From an uncultured Verrucomicrobiae bacterium (GTDB taxonomy: Bacteria > Verrucomicrobiota > Verrucomicrobiia > Chthoniobacterales > JAFAMB01): a DNA stretch of 64,000 nt. The stretch covers positions 32,001 to 96,000 of the forward strand of contig CAVXLD010000009.1 of NCBI GenBank assembly GCA_963762565.1. The letters run 5' to 3'. Shown here piece by piece: positions 37,073-45,906 of this stretch (positions are counted from its first letter, which is position 1; each line of letters opens with the position of its first letter). The translations under genes were made by a program, and so were the position numbers. The notes beneath the pieces were generated by a model. It was not told the origin of the DNA and did no database searches. It worked only from the letters and a program-made list of their open reading frames with translations.

Positions 37073-38095
37073 ATGAAGAGAATTTTGGTCACTGTGCTTC
37101 CCCTCCTGGCGGTGGTTGCTGCGGTTGCGCTCGTCTACTTCGGAAACGTCGATGACGACAGATCAATTCAACTCTTGAATGTCTCCTACGATCCTACGCG
37201 TGAGCTCTTTCAAGATCTCAATCAACAGTTTGTTTCGAAGTACCAGCGAGAAACCGGCCGGAAGGTAACCATCAAACAATCGCATGGAGGTTCTTCGCGG
37301 CAGGCGGAGGCCGTCATCGATGGGTTAGCAGCTGACGTTGTGTCGCTGGCTTTGCCTTCGGACATCGACTTATTACGTAAACACGGCTTAATCAGCAACG
37401 GCTGGTCGGACCGCCTGCCAAACCATTCGCAACCCTTCACTTCGATGATCGTGTTCGTCGTGCGCAAGGGTAACCCTAAGGCTATCAAGGATTGGCCCGA
37501 CTTGGTCCGGCCTGGCATTTCTGTGATCACCCCGAATCCGAAGACATCCGGCAATGGCAAGCTGAGCCTGTTGGCCGCTTGGGGCTCTATTATTTATCGC
37601 GGCGGGACCGAAGAGCAGGCGCGAGATTATCTGAAACGTCTTTATCAGAATGTACCCGTCTTGGGGACCGGGGCGCGGGATTCGACGATCACATTCACTC
37701 AGGATAAAATCGGAGACGTTCATCTAACCTGGGAGAACGAGGCTCGGTTAGAGATTCAGGATACAGCCGGTGAGCTGGAGGTGGTTTACCCGCCCGTAAC
37801 TATCCGGGCGGAACCGAGTGTAGCCTGGGTTGATAAAAATGTTGAGCAACGGAAAAGCAAAGATTACGCGAGAGCTTACCTGGAGTTTCTGTTTAGCCGC
37901 ACCGCTCAAGAAACTATGGCCCGATATGGTTATCGCCCAGTCGATCCGGAAGTGCAGCCAGACCACGTTTCTCAACTGCCGGCCGTTCAATTGTTCCCGG
38001 TCACGCTCATTGCAAAAGACTGGGACGATGCCCAGCAAAAGTTCTTTGCTGATAGCGGCGTATTCGATCTGATCTACACACCACGGGCTAAGTGA
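37073..38095 (+). CDS. sbp: Sulfate ABC transporter substrate-binding protein
   Basis: LLNVSYDPTRE, QSHGGS, VRKGNPK.I.DW.DL, PNPKTSG, GARDST. Confidence 0.95.
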   Translation: MKRILVTVLPLLAVVAAVALVYFGNVDDDRSIQLLNVSYDPTRELFQDLNQQFVSKYQRETGRKVTIKQSHGGSSRQAEAVIDGLAADVVSLALPSDIDLLRKHGLISNGWSDRLPNHSQPFTSMIVFVVRKGNPKAIKDWPDLVRPGISVITPNPKTSGNGKLSLLAAWGSIIYRGGTEEQARDYLKRLYQNVPVLGTGARDSTITFTQDKIGDVHLTWENEARLEIQDTAGELEVVYPPVTIRAEPSVAWVDKNVEQRKSKDYARAYLEFLFSRTAQETMARYGYRPVDPEVQPDHVSQLPAVQLFPVTLIAKDWDDAQQKFFADSGVFDLIYTPRAK

Positions 38096-39867
38096 AACTC
38101 ATGGTTAACTACCGCTGGACCGATGCTCGCAAGGATCTTCTCGCGGGCGTGACGGTGGCCGCCATCTCTTTGCCCCAGGCCATGGCCTATGCGTTGATTG
38201 CCGGCGTCGACCCTCGCTTTGGCCTTTACTCGGCAATCGTGATCACCGCGGTTGCATCCGTCTTCGGTTCATCTTCTCACCTGATCAACGGTCCCACCAA
38301 TGCGATCTCTCTGGTGGTTTTTAGCTCGCTGGCATTTCTCGATCCTGACGCTCGTTTTGATGCCTATCAGGCGACTTTTCTGCTCTGTATTATGGCGGGA
38401 ATTGTTCAAATTCTAATTGCCGTCTTCAGGTTAGGCGACCTAACCCGCTATATCTCAGAATCTGTCGTGCTCGGTTTTATGGCTGGAGCGAGTTGTTTAA
38501 TCGCTCTCGGCCAGGTCGGCAATTTATTCGGGCTCCGCGACCAGGGTAGCGGTCACCAGCACGTCCTTCTCCGGCTGTGGTTGACTCTGACCCAAGGCGG
38601 CCCGCTTAACCTTTACGCCCTCGGAATCGGACTAGGAACAATTTTTCTGGTTGTTGCTCTCGGCCGGTTGCGAAGAACCTATCGCCTTCCCCAGATGGAA
38701 ATGTTGCTCACGTTAATAGTTGTGGCGATTGTTGCCGCGCTCTTCGGTTGGTCGGCGCCCGGGGCGAACGGCAAGACGGCTATCGCCGTGATTGGCCACG
38801 TGCCCGCCGGCTTACCTGGACCGCACATTCCCGTAATCAAGTTTTGGTGGGTAAAAGAGCTTTCCAGCAGCGCCTTAGCCGTCGCATTTCTTGGTCTGCT
38901 AGAAGCCCTGGCCATCGCTAAATCGATCGCAAATCAGACCCGCCAATCGCTGGACTACAATCGGCAATGTCTAGCCGAAGGTTTGGCCAATCTCACCGGT
39001 GGATTTTTTCAGTGTTTACCCGGTTCAGGTTCGCTGACGCGCTCTGCCATCAACTTTCAGTCCGGCGCCGTGAGCCGGGTCTCCGGTGTGTTTGCCGCGG
39101 GTACGGTCGCTGTGGTTGTGCTGTCGCTCGCGCCCCTAGCCCAGTACATTCCCAAGGCAGCTCTAGCCGGCTTGTTGTTTGTTACCGCAGCCAAACTCGT
39201 CGATTGGCGAAGGTTGCGTTTAGCGCTGCGTGCATCCGGATACGACGCCGGCTTGATCGCTATTACCGCTTTCTCGGCTCTCTTCATTAGCGTTGAGTTC
39301 TCGATTCTGATCGGGGTCGCTCTCTCCATCGTTTTGTTTGTGCCGAGAGCCGCCCGATTGCGTTGCTCCGAGTTGGTCGTCAGCACCGAGGGAGTCGTGC
39401 GGGAGCGCCTGCCAGAAGACCCCGTCTGTGACGCGCTAATTCTTTACGATCTCGAGGGCGAGCTGTTCTTTGGGGCGGCGCCGGAACTCGACCGCTATTT
39501 TAACGAGTTGAAGCAAAAAGCGCTGAGCAAGGCCATCCACGTGATTGTCGTTCGAGTGAAACGGACCCGAAATCCTGACCTGGTTTGTCTGGAGCGATTC
39601 GAACTCTTTGTCGACGACCTGAAGGAAAAAGGGATTACCGTTTTATTTTGCGGAGTTCGCCCTGATCTGGCCAAAGCCATGAAGAAAATGGGTTCTTCAA
39701 ACTGGCTTCGGCCAGATCAAGTTTTCTCTGAGGAAGACGACAAGGATTCAGCGACCATCAAAGCCGTCCGACATGCATACAGCCTACTTGGACAGAATGA
39801 CTGTTCGCATTGTAAGCAGAAGGGACTGCAGGATACGGGGCAAACGAAGTTGTATTACCTGGTCTGA
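38092..39867 (+). CDS. SulP/SLC26 anion transporter with STAS domain
   Basis: DLLAGVTVA...LPQAMAYA, GLY, GPT, SGSLTRSA and STAS GELFFG. Confidence 0.95.
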   Translation: MKLMVNYRWTDARKDLLAGVTVAAISLPQAMAYALIAGVDPRFGLYSAIVITAVASVFGSSSHLINGPTNAISLVVFSSLAFLDPDARFDAYQATFLLCIMAGIVQILIAVFRLGDLTRYISESVVLGFMAGASCLIALGQVGNLFGLRDQGSGHQHVLLRLWLTLTQGGPLNLYALGIGLGTIFLVVALGRLRRTYRLPQMEMLLTLIVVAIVAALFGWSAPGANGKTAIAVIGHVPAGLPGPHIPVIKFWWVKELSSSALAVAFLGLLEALAIAKSIANQTRQSLDYNRQCLAEGLANLTGGFFQCLPGSGSLTRSAINFQSGAVSRVSGVFAAGTVAVVVLSLAPLAQYIPKAALAGLLFVTAAKLVDWRRLRLALRASGYDAGLIAITAFSALFISVEFSILIGVALSIVLFVPRAARLRCSELVVSTEGVVRERLPEDPVCDALILYDLEGELFFGAAPELDRYFNELKQKALSKAIHVIVVRVKRTRNPDLVCLERFELFVDDLKEKGITVLFCGVRPDLAKAMKKMGSSNWLRPDQVFSEEDDKDSATIKAVRHAYSLLGQNDCSHCKQKGLQDTGQTKLYYLV

Positions 39868-39941
39868 GGGGCTGCCGCCCTTGGCCTGCGGTTCGGCGAA
39901 GGTCAAAAGCGGCTCCCGTTTCGGAAATTCCCACTTGAATA

Positions 39942-39958
39942 CCCTACTTACTTAGTAG
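39942..39958 (+). promoter_or_regulatory. Second copy of the operator-like motif, next to a TTGAAT -35-like hexamer
   Basis: CCCTACTTACTTAGTAG, 13 bp upstream of the poly-Cys sORF start. Confidence 0.5.
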
Positions 39959-39971
39959 TATATACGCCTTC

Positions 39972-40067
39972 GTGAAACCTATTCATCGACTTTCGTCAGC
40001 CAATTCTCTCGCCCCGGATCGGCTCGCCGCAGTGCTGACCTTGGTTGATTGCTGTTGTTGTCGCTAA
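39972..40067 (+). CDS. Putative cysteine-sensing leader peptide (31 aa, ends CCCCR)
   Basis: GTG start: MKPIHRLSSANSLAPDRLAAVLTLVDCCCCR*, with codons TGC TGT TGT TGT. Confidence 0.6.
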   Translation: MKPIHRLSSANSLAPDRLAAVLTLVDCCCCR

Positions 40068-40247
40068 CCTATCTCATCGATCCTCCGCCGTCCCGCGAAC
40101 GCGGCACTATAGCGGACAGGTAACCCAGCTCGTGTTTCCTTGTAGCATCCAACCAAACAACAACTCTTTAGTTTCACGTTATGTCATATTTTCACGCTGC
40201 TTGGCGAACTTGCTTGAACGTTTGGCACGGACGAACGATTTAGGCTC

Positions 40248-40748
40248 GTGGATCAACCAGTCGCAATCGTTCTCATGGGTGTATCCGGCTCTGGCAAGAC
40301 GGTCGTCGGGACCCGCTTGGCGGAGAAGCTAAAGTACGAATTCCTGGATGCGGATAATTTTCATCCGCCGGCCAACATCGAGAAGATGAAGCACGGCATC
40401 CCTCTAACCGATGAAGACCGATATCCCTGGCTACGCAATCTTCACGGGGAGCTCGGTTCCCGGTTAAGTCAAGGTAAGTCGGTTATCTTGGCATGCTCGG
40501 CCTTAAAAGAGACCTACCGTACGATTCTAGGGGAAGGTCTTACTCAGATAAGATTCGTGTATCTGCACGTCGACAAAGCGACACTCGCCGAACGCCTCCA
40601 AAAGCGAGCGGGACATTTCTTCCCAAAAGAGCTGCTCGATAGCCAATTGGCGGCTTTGGAGACGCCCCATGATGCCTTGGTCGTAGAAGAGAACCGGCCA
40701 ATAGATGAGGTCACCGACAACATCGTGAAGGCGATTGAGGGCCGGTAG
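40248..40748 (+). CDS. gntK: Gluconokinase
   Basis: MGVSGSGKT, DADNFHP..N..KM..G.PLTDEDR.PWL, CSALK, R.GHF...LL.SQ. Confidence 0.93.
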   Translation: MDQPVAIVLMGVSGSGKTVVGTRLAEKLKYEFLDADNFHPPANIEKMKHGIPLTDEDRYPWLRNLHGELGSRLSQGKSVILACSALKETYRTILGEGLTQIRFVYLHVDKATLAERLQKRAGHFFPKELLDSQLAALETPHDALVVEENRPIDEVTDNIVKAIEGR

Positions 40749-41026
40749 GGTGAAAAACTCGGCGCGCCGAGCGTTCCGTTGCCTCATTCGGCTATCCGCG
40801 CCGGTTTTGAGCCGTTCCGTGCGATCCGCTTTGCCGGGCGCTTTGCGAAAACCCTGGACAGCCGGAATTGATTGTGACCGCAACGTCATGGAAGCTCTTT
40901 TAAGACAGGCAGGTACGGGAGTCCAGGTGTCTTGGGAGAAAACCACCGCACGGCGCGGCTCAAAACCGGCGCGCGACACCAAAGGGGTTAGCAACATCAC
41001 CGGCGCGCCGAGTTTTTCGCCCTACC
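40744..41026. repeat. GTAG-type REP doublet (REPIN-like)
   Basis: GGTAGGGTGAAAAACTCGGCGCGCCG pairs with CGGCGCGCCGAGTTTTTCGCCCTACC; another arm lies at about 63657-63682. Confidence 0.85.
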
Positions 41027-41033
41027 AGCTTTG

Positions 41034-41714
41034 TTATTTCGCCTCGGCTTTCCCGAATTTTACGAGGATCTCGTTATTCGCGACCTGGATAGACTGGATG
41101 GAATTGATCAACGCCTGATCTTCGGGTTCGCTATCTCGCAACGCCTTGTTGATGGCTTCGGAAATAGACCGGCGATAGTCTTGACTAGTTGTTAGCCACG
41201 GAAGCCGGGCGCCGTTTCCCTCCAAATCAAAATTCTCGACCTTGAACTCGCCGTGATCGACAGAGAGCCGAGCTGCCAATTTTCCGTTGAAATAGCGGTC
41301 ATGGAACCCCGGTACCAAGGGGATCTGCGCCATGAAGGTGAGCGGGACGCTCACCTCTGCCACTAGCCAATCGGCCTCGATGCGAAAACGCATATGTTCG
41401 GCTAGTTCCCGGTTATTGGGGCTGCCGAGAAACCAGGCGTTGAGTTCATCAGCGGTCAGATGAATCTCCGCGGAATTGTTTTTGCTTAACTCGTCTTGAG
41501 CACGCTGAAGTTTGTCCTGAAAGGCTTGGCCACTGCCTTCAGCGATCGGTGGGAACGTCCGCGAACTGGGCGATGTCATCCCGTAAGCCACGCGATAAGT
41601 GGAGATCGCTCCCCAAGCGATCGCTCCGAGGATCAGGACAAAGACAAAAAGCAACAATAGGCAACCCCAACGACAGCCGGTTGGTTGGCGCTGAGGCTGA
41701 GGTTGGCCGCTCAT
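41034..41714 (-). CDS. Hypothetical membrane-anchored protein
   Basis: GCRWGCLL TM anchor and LTADELN motif; ATG at 41714. Confidence 0.75.
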   Translation of the reverse strand: MSGQPQPQRQPTGCRWGCLLLLFVFVLILGAIAWGAISTYRVAYGMTSPSSRTFPPIAEGSGQAFQDKLQRAQDELSKNNSAEIHLTADELNAWFLGSPNNRELAEHMRFRIEADWLVAEVSVPLTFMAQIPLVPGFHDRYFNGKLAARLSVDHGEFKVENFDLEGNGARLPWLTTSQDYRRSISEAINKALRDSEPEDQALINSIQSIQVANNEILVKFGKAEAK

Positions 41715-41866
41715 ACAAATAAACAGTAAGCAGTTAGCAGTAAGCGGTAAGCGGTAAGCGGTGTCTTTCGTCCTCACCTACTATCTGCGTCTATCTGTGT
41801 CCATCCTGCGGTTGAGGCTTTCGTTCGGCTCGCATTCGCGGTTCTGCGCCGCTTACTGCTTACTGC

Positions 41867-42883
41867 TTACTTTCTATCCGCGGCCGATTGTACTTGCGCT
41901 ACCGCCGGCGTCCCCGCCGCTAGAACGGCTCGCCACCACGGTTCGTTAACTCGGTACCAGTCGACCGTCCGCAACAAGGTCGGTTCAAAGTCATGCAACG
42001 GCTTCCAACCAATCTCGTTTCTAAGCTTTAACGAATCGAGGCTGTACCTGCGGTCGTGCGCCGGCCTGTCTTTCACATAACTGATCAGGTCTTCACTCCG
42101 ATGCAGATGTTTTAGAATCGTCTTCACCACGTCGATGTTTTTATGTTCTGACCCGGACGCGACATTGTAGATCGAACCGGAGATACCATTCATCAGAACA
42201 TCAAAAACTGCGGCGCAGTGATCCTCTACATACAACCAATCCCGCATGTAGAGGCCATCGCCATACACCGGTAAGGGCTGGTTCGCCAGCGCCCGCAGAA
42301 TCATCAAGGGGATCAGTTTCTCGGGATATTGGTAGGGGCCAAAGTTGTTCGAGGATCGCGTGATCACGATGTCTTGCCCATAGGTTTTGTGGTAGGCAAG
42401 GGCCAATAGATCACCCGACGCTTTGCTGGCCGAATAAGGAGAGCTGGGATTCAGAATCGCGGTCTCAGAGACTGGTACATCATTCGACCCGTACACCTCG
42501 TCGGTCGACACCTGTAAGAATCGTTTCACCCCATGCCGGCGAGCGGCGTCCAAGAGTACCCCAGTTCCGACCACGTTACTGTATATGAAGTCCGACGGGG
42601 AAATGATGCTGCGATCGACGTGACTTTCCGCCGCAAAATTGATGAGGCCGAAGTAGCTATGCGCGGACAAAATCTCATCCATTCTTTTGCGGTCCACGAT
42701 ATCGGCTCGAATAAACTCATACCGATCCTTGAACCGTTGGGCGAGATCAGCGGTGGTATTGAGTGAGCCGGCGTAGGTCAAAAGATCAACATTGGTTATG
42801 CTTTCCGGGTCGTAATGTTCCAAAACATAACGGATGAAATTGCTTCCGATAAAACCGCAGCCGCCTGTTACTAGCAATCTCAT
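41867..42883 (-). CDS. rfbB: dTDP-glucose 4,6-dehydratase
   Basis: TGGCGFIG, FAAESHVDRS, STDEVYG, SPYSASK, PEKLIP, RPAHDRRY. Confidence 0.96.
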   Translation of the reverse strand: MRLLVTGGCGFIGSNFIRYVLEHYDPESITNVDLLTYAGSLNTTADLAQRFKDRYEFIRADIVDRKRMDEILSAHSYFGLINFAAESHVDRSIISPSDFIYSNVVGTGVLLDAARRHGVKRFLQVSTDEVYGSNDVPVSETAILNPSSPYSASKASGDLLALAYHKTYGQDIVITRSSNNFGPYQYPEKLIPLMILRALANQPLPVYGDGLYMRDWLYVEDHCAAVFDVLMNGISGSIYNVASGSEHKNIDVVKTILKHLHRSEDLISYVKDRPAHDRRYSLDSLKLRNEIGWKPLHDFEPTLLRTVDWYRVNEPWWRAVLAAGTPAVAQVQSAADRK

Positions 42884-42929
42884 GCAGGCGTTTGTAGCAT
42901 AGAAGACCTCTCTGTCCAATTTTTCCACC

Positions 42930-43433
42930 ATGAGCGAACTCCAGATCCGATTCGCCCAACCCGAAGACGCAGAAACCGTTCATCGGCTCGTCTTCGAGCT
43001 GGCAGTTTACGAAAAGCTCACCCACGAAGTCGTATCGACTCCGGAAGACTTCCGGCGCGCGTTGGCGGGACCTGAACCGATGGTTGAAGTTTTTTTGGCC
43101 GAGATATCTGGGAAACCGGTTGCATTCGCTCTTTTCTTCCAAACTTTCTCTACTTTCGTCGGACGTCCGGGGATCTATCTGGAAGACCTTTTTGTTCTGC
43201 CGGAGTATCGGCGCCGCGGCATCGCCCAGTCTTTATTCGTCGAGCTATTTCGAATCGCCCGAGAACGAAATTGCGGCCGAGTGGAATGGACGGTCCTGGA
43301 TTGGAATGAGCCGGCCATCAAGTTTTATACCGAGAAACTCGGCGCCAAGATTCTGAAAGAGTGGTGGCGGTGCCGGGTGGAGGTAACGCCGACGGGAAAG
43401 CCGACATCGCCGACATCGCCGTCAACGACGTGA
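42930..43433 (+). CDS. GNAT N-acetyltransferase (diamine/SSAT-like)
   Basis: ELA.YE, YLEDLFV...RRRGI, VLDWNEPAI.FY. Confidence 0.92.
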   Translation: MSELQIRFAQPEDAETVHRLVFELAVYEKLTHEVVSTPEDFRRALAGPEPMVEVFLAEISGKPVAFALFFQTFSTFVGRPGIYLEDLFVLPEYRRRGIAQSLFVELFRIARERNCGRVEWTVLDWNEPAIKFYTEKLGAKILKEWWRCRVEVTPTGKPTSPTSPSTT

Positions 43434-43499
43434 ACGATGGGAGGGATCGCGTCCTCGCGATCCGCGGTTCCCGAAGCACAGGCTTAGCCAGGACGAAGC

Positions 43500-43997
43500 A
43501 TGACGATTCGGGAAGAAAACAAGGCTGACTTTCCGGAAATCGCGGCTCTAACGCAGGCGGCGTTCGGCGGCGACTATGAAGCAACGTTGATCGAGAAATT
43601 GCGTGCGGCTCACTTGGTGATCGTGTCGCTGGTGGCAGTCGAACAAGGCTCCGTGATTGGACATATTCCCTTCAGCGAACTGGAGGTTGAAGTAGATGGG
43701 AGACGAGTGACGGCAGCGGCATTGGCTCCCATGGCCGTCCGGCCAGATCGCCAGAGACGAGGTATTGGATCAAAGCTCGTGGAAACAGGATTGGACGGGC
43801 TGCGCGATCGCAGTTATGAGGCCGTCATCGTTCTCGGACACCCAGATTATTATCCGCGTTTCGGATTCACTCCTTCGTTGACGGCTTCTCTCGTTGCTCC
43901 GTTTAGCGGGAGGGCATTCATGGGTCTAGAGCTGATGTCGGGATCGCTGTCAGGGAGCAGAGGATCAGTAGAGTATCCGGAAGCGTTCGGCCTCTGA
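43500..43997 (+). CDS. GNAT N-acetyltransferase (YhbS-like)
   Basis: LAPMAVRP..QRRGIGS, VLGHPDYYPRFGF. Confidence 0.92.
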   Translation: MTIREENKADFPEIAALTQAAFGGDYEATLIEKLRAAHLVIVSLVAVEQGSVIGHIPFSELEVEVDGRRVTAAALAPMAVRPDRQRRGIGSKLVETGLDGLRDRSYEAVIVLGHPDYYPRFGFTPSLTASLVAPFSGRAFMGLELMSGSLSGSRGSVEYPEAFGL

Positions 43998-44010
43998 GAT
44001 TGGGCGAATC

Positions 44011-44209
44011 CGTTCCGTAGGAACGGACTGACCTTAGCCAGGCAATTTATTGCCCAGGAGTCGCACAAACGGACCTCGTCCCGAAGGGTACGGTGTGATC
44101 CGCACGCCGTGCTCTGCCACCGGACACGCATTTGCACCTGCTTTTTAATCGTTTGAGTCGCATCCCAAGCAATAAATTGCCTGGCTACGATCGGTCGTCC
44201 CTCCGGGAC
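44011..44209. repeat. REP-like inverted-repeat element
   Basis: TAGCCAGGCAATTTATTGC pairs with GCAATAAATTGCCTGGCTA, with GTCCC..GGGAC-type mini hairpins. Confidence 0.8.
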
Positions 44210-44388
44210 ACAGGCCACTGTCGCCAACACGCAGCACCGTCCCATTTTCGGTAAACATTCATCCCACTTGCGGGATGAAAATCAGGGATAGAGAGCCGTC
44301 ATTTTAACTGCCCAAAAAAATCTTTATTAAAAATTTCTTCTCGAGAAAGGGCCAAAAATTGGGGTTGGCACGCACTAAAAAAATCGCG

Positions 44389-44404
44389 TGGCATCATGGC
44401 TGCT
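44389..44404 (+). promoter_or_regulatory. Putative sigma-54 promoter
   Basis: TGGCATCATGGCTGCT has GG-N10-GC spacing, with an AT-rich tract upstream. Confidence 0.4.
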
Positions 44405-44608
44405 TAAGTAGTTTCCCGAGTATCGGATAAGACGAGACCGGAAACCCACTGAGACCAAACTTAACAGAGATGACTAACCCAGTGTGGATCGAAAGTTTGT
44501 CAAGAACGGGACTCAAATAAGAATAACAGCCACCTAAAAATCTTCTCCAGCCAGAAGCCAAAGGGACCGGTCGGTGCAAGTTCTCGACTCTGCGCCGACC
44601 GGTCAGTC

Positions 44609-44875
44609 TTTGGCGTTTGGCGTTCGGCGTTTGGCGTTTGGCGTTTGGCGTTCGGCGTTCGGTGTTCGGTGTTCGGCGTTTGGCGTTCGGCGGTTCGGCG
44701 TTCGGCGCTTGGCGGTTAGGGAGGGCGCGCGTCCTCGCGCGCCGCGAGGACGTGCCATCACCTAAAGGTGTATTCTTGTTCCGCGATTACAGCATGTCCT
44801 CGGCTTCGATAACCACGGATCGCGAGGACGCGATCCCTCCCAGGCCACCGCCCGAACGCCGAACGCCAAACGCCT
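44609..44875. repeat. (GGCGTTY)n ... (RAACGCC)n heptamer brackets around a GGAG REP doublet (44719-44841)
   Basis: Direct inspection. Confidence 0.9.
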
Positions 44876-45543
44876 TACCGCATCTTTAGCCGTTCGGTCA
44901 TGATGGTTTGGACCCGGAGTCGTTCGGCTTCGAATTTTCCATCGCCGACGGTTGGTGCAACCTCGATAAACGGCATGATGGTCACTTCGATTTTGGAAAA
45001 TGGTTTCGGGATGGCGAAACCGTCCCATGACTTTAACCGCCAATAACTGCTGTACTCGATCAGCAGAGGCATTAATGGGACCTTGCAAAGCTGAGCCAAA
45101 AGGAGGGCTCCCGGACCGAAAGAATATCGGGGACCGCGAGGTCCGTCTGGCGTGATACAAATATCGTAGCCCTCGCTCAACTTCCGCGCCATATCCAGCA
45201 GGGCGGCACTGCCACGACGAGAGGTTGAGCCGCGAACTGCACCTACTCCAAAATTGCGCACGAACTCCGCCAGATAAGCGCCATCCCGGCTGGCGCTAGT
45301 CAAGACCAGCGCTCCTTTTCGGCCGGGATAATACCGGCTGAATGCGGTGGTTAAGCCCAACATCCGATTGTGCCAGATCAACGCCACTACGGATCTAGGG
45401 GCATTCTCGGCAAAAAAGCCGGCCTCATCCTTAACTTCACAGCGGAGTGTCCGCATAATGAGTTTGAGCACCAGCGCAGCAAGCCAGACCAAGATCTTCG
45501 ATCGACGGTCGAGTTCCCGAATCGTTCCGCTATTTACTGGCAT
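44875..45543 (-). CDS. DUF374 lysophospholipid acyltransferase family protein
   Basis: WHNR, SASRDG, VRGSTSRRG, TPDGPRGP, SWD.F.IPKPF. Confidence 0.9.
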   Translation of the reverse strand: MPVNSGTIRELDRRSKILVWLAALVLKLIMRTLRCEVKDEAGFFAENAPRSVVALIWHNRMLGLTTAFSRYYPGRKGALVLTSASRDGAYLAEFVRNFGVGAVRGSTSRRGSAALLDMARKLSEGYDICITPDGPRGPRYSFGPGALLLAQLCKVPLMPLLIEYSSYWRLKSWDGFAIPKPFSKIEVTIMPFIEVAPTVGDGKFEAERLRVQTIMTERLKMR

Positions 45544-45566
45544 TCGCGCAACAGCTTAAAACCATA

Positions 45567-45890
45567 ACCGCGAATGGACACGAATACACGAATAAGAGAA
45601 AGGCCAACCGCAGATTAACGCAGATGTACGCAGATAGAAGTGGGCTTCGGTTAGAGCGCACGCAGAAGCTCTTCACTGAGCATTCCTTGATAGCGGCCAT
45701 CTAATTTGTCGAAAGGTAAAGGGGAAATCCAAAAACGATCTGGTTACGCGCTTAAGACTGACCGAACCTCCCTGAACTGAACGGAGCTCCATTTTATCTG
45801 CGTAAATCTGCGTCCATTTCACCCCGGAGAATTTCGGGGCTGCGGTTAAAGTCTTTACTTCGCGTTCATTCGTGTCAATTCGCAGTTTGT
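45567..45890. repeat. Nested inverted short-period repeats (ACACGAAT / ACGCAGAT types)
   Basis: AACCGCGAATGGACACGAAT and AACCGCAGATTAACGCAGAT at left; ATCTGCGTAAATCTGCGT and TTCATTCGTGTCAATTCGC at right. Confidence 0.8.
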
Positions 45891-45906
45891 TTGTGTCTTT
45901 TCGCAT

